Virus record (IMG/VR): IMGVR_UViG_3300028569_002586
Span: 93,012 to 157,011 of that record
DNA length: 64,000 nt
Origin: a virus
Strand: one strand, 5' to 3'
Shown: positions 30,136-38,457 of the stretch, in pieces
How the letters are laid out: the number at the start of each line of letters is the position of its first letter
Numbering within the stretch: the first letter of the stretch is position 1
The notes under the pieces: model-generated
What the model saw: only the letters and a program-made list of their open reading frames with translations
Databases searched by the model: none
Told to the model about the DNA's origin: nothing
Translations under genes and position numbers: made by a program

Positions 30136-30140
30136 ATAAT

Positions 30141-30803
30141 ATGGCGCTTCGTCTAATAGTTGAAACCCCTCAAGATAATTCTGACTTCGAGTATATCTAT
30201 GAGGAGAAAAATCACAAAGAACTTTCAAAGCTTTTTATCTCCGGACCTTACATGATGTGTGAAACAGTCAATAAGAACAAGCGCATTTACTCAAGAGATG
30301 ACATGGAGAGAGAGGTGGGCCGTTATGTGGGTGAAATGGTTAATACAAAGAGAGCCATGGGTGAACTCAACCACCCTGAGAGTGCTGATGTTAATCTGGC
30401 CAATGCATGTCACCTTGTTACATCTTTAAAGATGAATGATAATTTTGTTGTTGGCAGATCACAAGTTCTCTCCACACCCTCAGGCAAGATTGTTGAATGT
30501 CTCATTAAGGATGGTGTCAAGGTTGGAATGTCTTCCCGTGCACTTGGCGAGCTCAAGGAAGAGAATGGTGTTAACAAGGTCAATAACATGCGGTTGATTG
30601 CAGTTGACTGTGTTGCCGACCCATCGTGTCCAAAAGCTTTTGTTAATGGTATTCTGGAATCTAAGGAATATGTTCTCAAGGACAATGGAGAGCTTCAGGA
30701 ATTTTATGATAAATTTGAAAAGTCAATTTCTAAATTACCTAAACATGATGTGGAGAGCTTCCTAAAGGAACAATTCATTAATTTCATAAGAAAAATCAAA
30801 TAA
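30141..30803 (+). CDS. prohead protease (gp21)
   Basis: NKNKRIY, AMGELNHP, TPSGKI, GMSSRALG, DCVADPS. Confidence 0.96.
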   Translation: MALRLIVETPQDNSDFEYIYEEKNHKELSKLFISGPYMMCETVNKNKRIYSRDDMEREVGRYVGEMVNTKRAMGELNHPESADVNLANACHLVTSLKMNDNFVVGRSQVLSTPSGKIVECLIKDGVKVGMSSRALGELKEENGVNKVNNMRLIAVDCVADPSCPKAFVNGILESKEYVLKDNGELQEFYDKFEKSISKLPKHDVESFLKEQFINFIRKIK

Positions 30804-30819
30804 ATAGATAAATATCATT

Positions 30820-30984
30820 ATGAGCGACAAAAATAACAATAAAGGCGTAGAACAAAACATTCTTGCATTTATTAAGAACATTTCTCAAAAAAATTACTCT
30901 GAAGCAAATAAATACTTACAAGAGGTACTTGATTCTAAATTAAAGAATAGAATTAAAACATCCTCAGAGAATAAATTATATTAA
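30820..30984 (+). CDS. small prohead core protein (gp67-like), not in ORF track
   Basis: 54 aa MSDKNNNKGVEQNILAFIKNISQKNYSEANKYLQEVLDSKLKNRIKTSSENKLY; TAAATA-5-ATG; between gp21 and gp22. Confidence 0.65.
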   Translation: MSDKNNNKGVEQNILAFIKNISQKNYSEANKYLQEVLDSKLKNRIKTSSENKLY

Positions 30985-30985
30985 C

Positions 30986-31861
30986 ATGAGCACAATCATA
31001 GACGTACTAAAAGAAGCAACAAAAGACATTCTTTCTGAAGAAACATTGAAAGATATTGAGACAGTATTTAACACCTCAGTAAATGAGAAAGTTGAATTGC
31101 ATGTAAATAAAGCCTTAACAGAGCAGGATGCAGATTATGCTTCTAAGCTAGAAAAGCTTGTTGAAGCCATTGATAGTGATCATACTGACAAGCTCAAGAA
31201 AGTCGTTGAAGCAATTGATGCAGATCGTGCAAACAAGCTCAAAGCTGTTGTTGAAAAGTATGAAAACGCTCTCAAGAATGAAGCTAGCAAGTTCAAAGGA
31301 ACACTAGTAAATAACATTTCCAAATATCTAGAACTTTATCTAGATGAAAAACTACCTGTTACAGCTGTTAATGAAGCTGTAAAAAACAAGAAAGCTCAAA
31401 ATGTTCTTGAAGGTATCAGAAAAACTCTCGCCGTTGACATGGCATTCTCCAAAGATAGCATCAAGGAAGCCGTTGTTGAAGGTAAGAACAGACTCGATGA
31501 AGCTGCAAAGCAGCTTGAAGCCTCCAATGCGAAAGCAACAGCTCTTGAAAAAGAGCTAACAAAATTAAAGGCAGAACTTACTCTTGAACAAAAAGTTCAA
31601 GGATTAGATGAAGAAAGAAAAACATACGTAAAAAAGATGTTTTCTGGAAAATCTGACAAGTTCATAGCTGAAAATTTTGACTACGCAGTGGGGCTTTATG
31701 AGAAGTCAGAAGAAGAACAAGTTGATTCCCTAAAAGAGGAAGCAGTAAATGATGCTGTTTCTGCCAAAGTGGATCGTCCTGTTATTGCAGAGTCTGTAGC
31801 CAGGCCAGTTAATGAAGACCCTGCCTTCAATAATTACCTATCTGAATTAGGTAAGTACTAA
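30986..31861 (+). CDS. prohead scaffold (gp22-like)
   Basis: Acidic coiled-coil directly upstream of the major capsid gene. Confidence 0.85.
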   Translation: MSTIIDVLKEATKDILSEETLKDIETVFNTSVNEKVELHVNKALTEQDADYASKLEKLVEAIDSDHTDKLKKVVEAIDADRANKLKAVVEKYENALKNEASKFKGTLVNNISKYLELYLDEKLPVTAVNEAVKNKKAQNVLEGIRKTLAVDMAFSKDSIKEAVVEGKNRLDEAAKQLEASNAKATALEKELTKLKAELTLEQKVQGLDEERKTYVKKMFSGKSDKFIAENFDYAVGLYEKSEEEQVDSLKEEAVNDAVSAKVDRPVIAESVARPVNEDPAFNNYLSELGKY

Positions 31862-31930
31862 TTTCTCTGAGGCATTAAGCCTGAACAGAAACAATAAGGT
31901 CGACAATTTACAAAGGAAATACATATTATT

Positions 31931-33400
31931 ATGTCAAAATCTATTCGTCCTTCGCAGTCTTACATCAGTGAAGATCGCGCTAAACTATTAACAGAGAAGT
32001 GGGCTCCAGTATTGGATTACACATCTGCTAATGTTGCAGCAATCGAAGACGACCATACTCGCTTAAACACTGCTATCCTCTTGGAAAACCAAGAGAAGTG
32101 GTGCATGGAAGCTAACACTGCCGGTCCTGGTTCCACTCTTGGTTCTTGGACAGATGTTGGGAATCAGTTCCCTTCACAAAACGACAGCGGTTACGCCCCA
32201 GGTGATTACCGTCTTCCAAAGATCCTCATTCCGATGATTAGACGTACCTTCCCTGAGTTGATCACTAACGAAATCGTTGGTGTTCAGCCCATGAGTGGTC
32301 CAGTTGGTCTTGCCTTCGCCCTCCGTTATAAATACGAAGGTGCCGCTCTTGGCTCACAGATCAACAGTGGTGACGCAGCTCCTAACGTCAGTGGTCCCGT
32401 TGGTGGTCCTCAGTCCCAGTCTGATGGTGCAGAACTCGGTTATCAGTATCTAGATTCTAGATTCACTGGTACCTCTGCTTCCAATCTTTCTGGAAATGCA
32501 GACTTCTCAATGGTTGCTAGTGATCAGGGTGTTGCTCAGTTGCTTGCCAACTTTGAGCTCACATCCAAGATCCCTCAGATCGTAGTTAGCTTCGAAAAGA
32601 CAGCCGTTGAGGCTGGTACTCGTAGGCTCGCTGCCCGCTGGTCCGTTGAACTCGAGCAGGATTTGAAGAACATGAACGGTATTGATATCGACACTGAGCT
32701 CACAAACGCTATGTCTTATGAGCTACAGGCCGAAATCGATCGTGAAATGATCATCAGAATGATCCAGACAGCTCTTAACGGTGGCTTCGGCCGCGGTTAT
32801 TCTATCTGGTCTCCTGCTTCAGCAGATGGCCGTTGGTTGGTTGAACGTAACCGTGACTTCTATCAGAGACTCATCATCGAAGCTAATCGTATTGCCGTTC
32901 GTAATCGCCGTGGTAGCGCCAACTTTGTTGTTGCTACTCCTCGCGTTTGCGCAATCTTGGAAATGCTCCCTGAATTTCAGTGGGTACCAGTCCAGGGTAA
33001 CGTTAATACCCAGCCCGTCGGAGTCGCTAAGGTTGGTACACTCGCTGGTAGATTCAATGTATATCGTGACACACGTACAGAGGCACAATTTGAAGCCGCT
33101 GGTGGTGGAAACTACGCCGGAAACGCCGCAGCTCCCGTCACCCGTAATGCTCGTCTTGAGTACGCCCTATTGGGCTACAAGGGACCAGAGTTTTACGACA
33201 CTGGTATCATCTATTGCCCATACATCCCTGTCATGGTACAAAGAACAATTGGACCCAATGATTTCGCTCCCCGTGTTGGTCTCTTGACCCGCTACGGTGT
33301 TGTCGATAACATCTTTGGTGCCAACTTGTACTACCACGTTATCATCCTGCAGGGTCTCGGCACTGCGTTCCAGCCTGGATTGCAGTCTGTTTACTTCTAA
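31931..33400 (+). CDS. major capsid protein (gp23)
   Basis: KWAPVL, LLENQE, GVQPMSGPVGL.FALR, ELEQDLK, EIDRE, YCPYIP, TRYG. Confidence 0.98.
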   Translation: MSKSIRPSQSYISEDRAKLLTEKWAPVLDYTSANVAAIEDDHTRLNTAILLENQEKWCMEANTAGPGSTLGSWTDVGNQFPSQNDSGYAPGDYRLPKILIPMIRRTFPELITNEIVGVQPMSGPVGLAFALRYKYEGAALGSQINSGDAAPNVSGPVGGPQSQSDGAELGYQYLDSRFTGTSASNLSGNADFSMVASDQGVAQLLANFELTSKIPQIVVSFEKTAVEAGTRRLAARWSVELEQDLKNMNGIDIDTELTNAMSYELQAEIDREMIIRMIQTALNGGFGRGYSIWSPASADGRWLVERNRDFYQRLIIEANRIAVRNRRGSANFVVATPRVCAILEMLPEFQWVPVQGNVNTQPVGVAKVGTLAGRFNVYRDTRTEAQFEAAGGGNYAGNAAAPVTRNARLEYALLGYKGPEFYDTGIIYCPYIPVMVQRTIGPNDFAPRVGLLTRYGVVDNIFGANLYYHVIILQGLGTAFQPGLQSVYF

Positions 33401-33459
33401 AAAAAGTAGACAGAGATCATAAAAGAAAGCAATTTCACCTAGTCAGTCCTAGGAAATTT

Positions 33460-33493
33460 AAAAAAGGGCCTCTTGCGGGGCCCTTTTTTTTTT
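33460..33493 (+). terminator. intrinsic terminator after gp23 (possibly bidirectional)
   Basis: A6-GGGCCTC-TTGC-GGGGCCC-T10; a second hairpin lies at 33431-33458. Confidence 0.9.
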
Positions 33494-33535
33494 GTTAAAT
33501 TATAAAAATAAAGACACAAGAGAATAAATATTTGT

Positions 33536-34057
33536 ATGGCCTTACTAACATCTTCACTGTCTTCACAAGCTACTAACACTAGCACATACAACCCAGTTAA
33601 CTCTGCTTTCACAGGCACAGTGACTGTTTCTGGTCAAATTGATCCTAGATTCAATGGTTCTTTATCTGGTAGCAGCTATGCTTTTAGCGGAACGTTTAGT
33701 TACAGTGTAACAGGTGCTGCAGGTAGCACATTGACTGCTGGTGCAAATCAGTTGGTATTAACCATTCCTTTTGCTGGTGGTTCAAATGTAGCTTATGGTG
33801 CTTTGCAAGGTAATAGCGTATACTTCCCTGGTTCAAGTGCTGCAAACATTGTTGTAGGTTTCAGTGCACCTTTAAACAACACCACAATAAGTGTTTCAGC
33901 AAATAGAGCTGCAGCATCTCTTCCATCTAGTAATGGATTTGTTAATCAAATTGATGTGCCTTATAAGACTACCAGTACTGATACAGCTCTAGGTGCTAAT
34001 AACGTCACCTTCCGTACTGTGGGTGACTTCTTGAGACTCTGGAGTCTCAACGGTTAA
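33536..34057 (+). CDS. Ser/Thr/Gly-rich late protein (possible capsid decoration)
   Basis: TAAATA-5-ATG right after the gp23 terminator. Confidence 0.6.
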   Translation: MALLTSSLSSQATNTSTYNPVNSAFTGTVTVSGQIDPRFNGSLSGSSYAFSGTFSYSVTGAAGSTLTAGANQLVLTIPFAGGSNVAYGALQGNSVYFPGSSAANIVVGFSAPLNNTTISVSANRAAASLPSSNGFVNQIDVPYKTTSTDTALGANNVTFRTVGDFLRLWSLNG

Positions 34058-34978
34058 TTATTGTCTAACTGTTTTAGTAAAGTACTTCCGCTCATCCCAC
34101 AAGGCGCTGTTCTGTTTGAGTAATTCCTGACTGCTGGCCCTGATAGGATTGATGTCAATACCACCGCGCCTCACATACAAGCAAGCCACCATCAATTCCT
34201 CTGGCTTGACCAAGTCATATAAACGCTTGTAAATGGTCTCACAAATTTCTTCATGGAAATGACATTCATCCCTAAATGAGACTATGTATTGCAGCAAAGA
34301 AGTCTGATTGAGTTCATAAGGTCCTTTGTAATGAATATAAACATCCCCCCAATCTGGTTGGGATGTGACCCTGCAATTACTCTTTAACAGGGCTGAATGA
34401 TATCTCTGCACGCGACTTGTAGTCCCATTCACCCAACTAATCAGAGAGGGATCTTCATTATAACCTCTGGACTTGATGGTCGTTACATCAATATAATTCT
34501 CCATGGTGGGGTAGTGACGAGTGGCAAACAACGGTGGGTAGTAGATTGAGTCATCAATTGCTTGAGTGAGTTGCACAGACACCCGAACATCTGTTTCAAG
34601 TAACTTGGACAAATCAGATTGCATGACTGCTTCAAGTTGCTGCAATACCCTTACAATATTACCTTGATACGTTTCCATGTTAAACGAATTCATGTACAGT
34701 TTTATGGACTTGGACTCCACAATGTACTTGTTAGTGGCAGGATAAACAACCTTAGCAATAGCAGCAATGGGCATTCCTTCGTTTGTTAGGCAAGATACTT
34801 CATAAGCATTCCAGGTATCATATCCACAGAAAGGAGGATTTTCATCACTAATGCCCAGATGCTTTCTGTTGTTAGCTCTGGGCTCGCGAACCAAGAGCGA
34901 GGGGTCATAGGTGCACTTGTACCCTGTTATTCTGCCAAGATGCTTTGATATGTTACTGTTATCTAATTCCGTGTTCAT
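34058..34978 (-). CDS. queF: NADPH-dependent preQ0 reductase (two-domain QueF)
   Basis: YDPSLL, D.WNAYEVS.L, VESKSIKLY.NSF, LKSNCRVTSQPDWG, FHEEICE, YVRRGGIDINP. Confidence 0.95.
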   Translation of the reverse strand: MNTELDNSNISKHLGRITGYKCTYDPSLLVREPRANNRKHLGISDENPPFCGYDTWNAYEVSCLTNEGMPIAAIAKVVYPATNKYIVESKSIKLYMNSFNMETYQGNIVRVLQQLEAVMQSDLSKLLETDVRVSVQLTQAIDDSIYYPPLFATRHYPTMENYIDVTTIKSRGYNEDPSLISWVNGTTSRVQRYHSALLKSNCRVTSQPDWGDVYIHYKGPYELNQTSLLQYIVSFRDECHFHEEICETIYKRLYDLVKPEELMVACLYVRRGGIDINPIRASSQELLKQNSALWDERKYFTKTVRQ

Positions 34979-35537
34979 TAAGTTTTATTTTAATAGCTTC
35001 CATGCGTTCTTCCACTGTTCCTTTTAAAATAGTTACCTTGCCCTTTAATCTTTCATCTTTAAGCCAGCAATTTTCATACGAATCAATAATTGCATCTCTA
35101 AATTCTTTATTTGTACTTCTCTCGCCATCATCCACCAAGGAAACATCATGAGGGCTTGGATAAAAAATATGATCATATCTATGAATATGATTCACATAAT
35201 ACATCAAACCAAGACTATTGGACACAGGAAAATCTTTTAACCTATTATAGGCAAAGTAGCTTGTATAAATCATACCATCCATTATGCATCTATCATGCAG
35301 GGCACCTTCAAACTTGCTCAGCTTGTAATTGAACATCAAGTTCTCAAATTCTTTATTTAATATTAGAGTTTGAGTCACATCATTTGCACCTGACTCATTG
35401 ATATCAATCCCATACTCACGGCTAATTAATCTTGTGACCTCATCCACATACCATAGCTTAGAACCATAAAATTTCTTGCACTCTTTGAGCAGAGTAGTTT
35501 TACCAGAAGACTGAGGGCCTGTGAAGGTGAACATCAT
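34959..35537 (-). CDS. P-loop nucleotide kinase (AAA_28-like)
   Basis: GPQSSGKTT, HDRCIMD, DDGERS, GTVEER. Confidence 0.8.
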   Translation of the reverse strand: MMFTFTGPQSSGKTTLLKECKKFYGSKLWYVDEVTRLISREYGIDINESGANDVTQTLILNKEFENLMFNYKLSKFEGALHDRCIMDGMIYTSYFAYNRLKDFPVSNSLGLMYYVNHIHRYDHIFYPSPHDVSLVDDGERSTNKEFRDAIIDSYENCWLKDERLKGKVTILKGTVEERMEAIKIKLNEHGIR

Positions 35538-35704
35538 TTGCGTATGTTCCTAGTATAATTGACTTCAATGTCATGTACAAGCTTTTTTAATGAACTTATT
35601 TCCTTCAGAAGTAAATGATTTTCCTTTTTGGCCAATTCAAGCTTGTTTTGAAGCTCAACAATTTCATTATTATCTACTTTGCGCAACCACTTCATTATAA
35701 ACAT
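35534..35704 (-). CDS. small coiled-coil protein
   Basis: Start reassigned to ATG 35704 (MFIMKWLRK); coupled within the operon. Confidence 0.5.
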   Translation of the reverse strand: MFIMKWLRKVDNNEIVELQNKLELAKKENHLLLKEISSLKKLVHDIEVNYTRNIRK

Positions 35705-35705
35705 G

Positions 35706-36053
35706 CTATTTGCCCCATTTGCTGTTGTATACAATTTCGGCAATAATGCAATATACTGCTGAGTCCTTGAATGCATCCATGACTGGCTCATTTGCAGTTT
35801 GAAAGGTTTGCTTTTTAAGCACAAGATTTATAAGGCGCTGTATTTTGTCATTGAGTCTCACAACTGTGGCAGAAATTGCAGCAAAACGATCTTCCTTTTT
35901 ATTTAAATCCGATCCAAGAGATATATTACCAGGACCGTAGTCGAACTGCTTTTTGCAGAACATTTCATAATGTTCGTTTTGTATTCTTTTGAACTCCTTC
36001 ACAGTTTCAGGAAAGTTCTTTTCCACATATTCAATAACATCTTCTTTATTCAC
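35706..36053 (-). CDS. nucleotide-modification-associated domain 1 (Nmad1/DUF1599-like)
   Basis: F.KKQ.DYGPGNI, RLNDKIQRL, EP..DAF.D.A.Y.IIA; GTG overlaps the guaC stop. Confidence 0.7.
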   Translation of the reverse strand: MNKEDVIEYVEKNFPETVKEFKRIQNEHYEMFCKKQFDYGPGNISLGSDLNKKEDRFAAISATVVRLNDKIQRLINLVLKKQTFQTANEPVMDAFKDSAVYCIIAEIVYNSKWGK

Positions 36054-37021
36054 AATCGTACCCCATAATGAACTGTATTTAAATTCAACGCACCAAGATT
36101 GCAACCCCCTGCATAGCTAATGGCACTCTGCAAGTCTTGTTTAATTTCTGCAAGTTTTTCAACATATGTAACAGTATCAGTCTCCATTAATTTCATAGTA
36201 CCTTCAATATTTTTCTTTTCAATTTTATTATGCACGCTGGCAGAGCCAAAGTATTGCTTGAATCGTCTGCCATTTGCATCCTTAACTAATGGTGCAGGGC
36301 TGTCTGCACATGCAGCAAATATGGAACCGCACATCACCATGGTTGCTCCTGCCACAAGAGCTTTTACAATGTCTCCATTGCAGCGTACACCTCCATCAGC
36401 AATGACAGGTATTCCTCTGTCCTTGGCACACTCCACGATGCAACTAAACATGGGATAAGTAAACCCAGTCTTGTCTTTTGTTGTGCAAGCATAACCACCA
36501 CCAATGCCCACCTTCACAGCATCTGCACCAGCACTATGCAAATATTCCACCCCCTGAAAGGTTGCAACATTCCCAGCGATAACTTTTGTGTATGGTAATT
36601 TGTTTTTGATATGAATAATTTGATCTGCTACTTTGGAATGATGACCATGGGCCACATCTATGGTTATAAAATCAACACGCAGCTGACGAGCTGCTAATTC
36701 TGTAATTATATTTGCATCTTTAGGCTGTATGCCCACACTGATGGAAATCGTCTTGAATTCACCCATCCAAGCTTTGTTATTAGCCTCTTCAACGAATTGC
36801 ATGATATCAATGCCAAACCGGTGCATAATGTAGAAATAATTTTCAAAATCTAGCATCTTGCAAACATCATAATCAATGCAGCATTTCATGTTGGCAGGTA
36901 CCACAGGCAATGCAAAAGTTTTACCGCAAAACATTACGTCTGTGTCTATTTCAGATCTAGTTTGAACAGAGTTAAAGTTTGGCTTGAGAAAGATATTCTC
37001 ATAGTGTAAGGATATGTCCAT
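36050..37021 (-). CDS. guaC: GMP reductase (short type)
   Basis: LPVVPANM, YIMHRF, ITIDVAHGH, IAGNV, KVGIGGGYACTT, IADGG, YFGSAS, DLQSAISYAGG. Confidence 0.9.
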   Translation of the reverse strand: MDISLHYENIFLKPNFNSVQTRSEIDTDVMFCGKTFALPVVPANMKCCIDYDVCKMLDFENYFYIMHRFGIDIMQFVEEANNKAWMGEFKTISISVGIQPKDANIITELAARQLRVDFITIDVAHGHHSKVADQIIHIKNKLPYTKVIAGNVATFQGVEYLHSAGADAVKVGIGGGYACTTKDKTGFTYPMFSCIVECAKDRGIPVIADGGVRCNGDIVKALVAGATMVMCGSIFAACADSPAPLVKDANGRRFKQYFGSASVHNKIEKKNIEGTMKLMETDTVTYVEKLAEIKQDLQSAISYAGGCNLGALNLNTVHYGVRL

Positions 37022-37022
37022 A

Positions 37023-37595
37023 TTACTGTTCGAGGATTTTAAATGCGGTAAAGAAACTCTTCCAGAGGTCTAATGCTGTCACACGCAAAGCACCATGCAC
37101 TTCATTTAATGTTTTGTTTTTTATATCTATGCCCTGGCTCATTAATATTTCTCCTTCATCCACCCCTGGTGTAACTCTGTGAATAACACAGCCTGCCACA
37201 TCATATCCTTCTGTAAAAGCTCTCTGTTGTGGATTAAACCCCTTCAATGAGGGGAATTTATCAATGAGCCCTGGGTGTAAATTGTAGATTTCATATTTTT
37301 CACATATTTGTTTGGGAATAATTCTCAGATACCCATGCAATGTGACAATTGGATTGTCATACCTGGACAGAACATTCTCATAGTTTGTTACACTTGGTTT
37401 GGATGGCAGATGCTGCCAGCAGTGCATCATGTTGAGTTTGGTTGCTCTGAAAGTGGTTAGCTCAACAAGCTTTGGATTAACACCATCATTATTGTGCTTG
37501 TTATGCACAACACAATCTGGGTAGACACCCAGTGCATTACTGAGATCATATATCTCAGTGCCAGTTTGAGAAAAAAAAGTTATCCAGGGTCTCAT
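37023..37595 (-). CDS. PurN-like formyltransferase (DpdN-like, predicted preQ1 formyltransferase)
   Basis: FFSQTG, LHGYLRII, YNLHPGL, GCVIHRV..GVDEG; adjacent to the dpdA-like gene. Confidence 0.8.
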   Translation of the reverse strand: MRPWITFFSQTGTEIYDLSNALGVYPDCVVHNKHNNDGVNPKLVELTTFRATKLNMMHCWQHLPSKPSVTNYENVLSRYDNPIVTLHGYLRIIPKQICEKYEIYNLHPGLIDKFPSLKGFNPQQRAFTEGYDVAGCVIHRVTPGVDEGEILMSQGIDIKNKTLNEVHGALRVTALDLWKSFFTAFKILEQ

Positions 37596-38422
37596 CTGCG
37601 AATGATCTTCTTAAACATTGTAGTGTTATACTTCACCAATGCAAGCTGATCATCTGTAAAATTGTGAGTAATGAGGTCAGCTAATTTTGTTGATGGCTTG
37701 CTATCCAGTCCATAGTCTGCATCATACTTCAATCCATGAATAGCAGCAACAATGGGATTACTGGTGTCACAACTAACAATATTGTGAACATTTTTATCCA
37801 CATAATGTCTAAACTCCCTGGCCAAGGAACAACCGAGCAGATGATGAGGCTTGTTCCAATTCCATACACCTGTGCTTATCAAGTCCTGAATAAAGCGCTG
37901 ACGACCTGAACACCATCTGTCAAGAGGGCTGCTGCCCTCGCCAGTGATCTGATAATAACTAAAATCAAAACTTATTGCGATCATGTCTGCATTATCAGAC
38001 ATGAACTTGTAGCACTCTTTGAGCTCATGCCAGTTCCTGCCCTGTACTGCACCAATGGCTTTTGTTTGAAATGTATTTCTGATGTTATCTCTCTTGTCGC
38101 TAAACTCCCTGAAGCTCTGCACAGTGCCATGCATGTCTTCCAGCACATCAGGTACAATGTACATGTTTGGCTCAATATCCAGTACAGACTTGTAAAATTC
38201 TGCAGGATCAAAAGCTTTGCCAAGCTCGAATATGGAGTTGTCCAGCAACACCTCTCTGTTGTACAGCGTTCTACTGAATTTATAGAAATTGTAATAAGCT
38301 AATTGTTCAGGTGCACCTGCATTTTGATGCAACAAATGCACCAAGCAGTAATCAAAATCATTGTATTCTTTAGAATAATCAAGTATAGATACAGGAGACT
38401 CATGAGATACTTTCATTAGCAT
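37592..38422 (-). CDS. TGT-fold 7-deazaguanine transglycosylase (DpdA3-like)
   Basis: LLDNSIFELG, IVPDV, GAVQG, IAISF, HHLLG, SCDTSNP; que-gene context. Confidence 0.75.
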   Translation of the reverse strand: MLMKVSHESPVSILDYSKEYNDFDYCLVHLLHQNAGAPEQLAYYNFYKFSRTLYNREVLLDNSIFELGKAFDPAEFYKSVLDIEPNMYIVPDVLEDMHGTVQSFREFSDKRDNIRNTFQTKAIGAVQGRNWHELKECYKFMSDNADMIAISFDFSYYQITGEGSSPLDRWCSGRQRFIQDLISTGVWNWNKPHHLLGCSLAREFRHYVDKNVHNIVSCDTSNPIVAAIHGLKYDADYGLDSKPSTKLADLITHNFTDDQLALVKYNTTMFKKIIRR

Positions 38423-38428
38423 ACATTA

Positions 38429-38456
38429 ATACTAAATGTAAATACTAATATATCAA
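38429..38456 (-). promoter_or_regulatory. sigma70-like promoter of the dpdA operon overlapping a divergent late box
   Basis: TTGATA-16-TAGTAT-6-ATG; + strand TAAATA at 38439-38444 faces gp5. Confidence 0.6.
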
Positions 38457-38457
38457 G

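Noticed and set aside
34000-34057. C-terminal VGDFLRL of ORF 33536 as a relative of the VPDFRDL leader
   Set aside because: Too short a match to support homology
37023-37595. Ordinary purN auxiliary metabolic gene
   Set aside because: No other de novo pur genes in the window; coupled to the dpdA3-like gene in a queF operon, which fits a preQ1 formyltransferase better (not proven)
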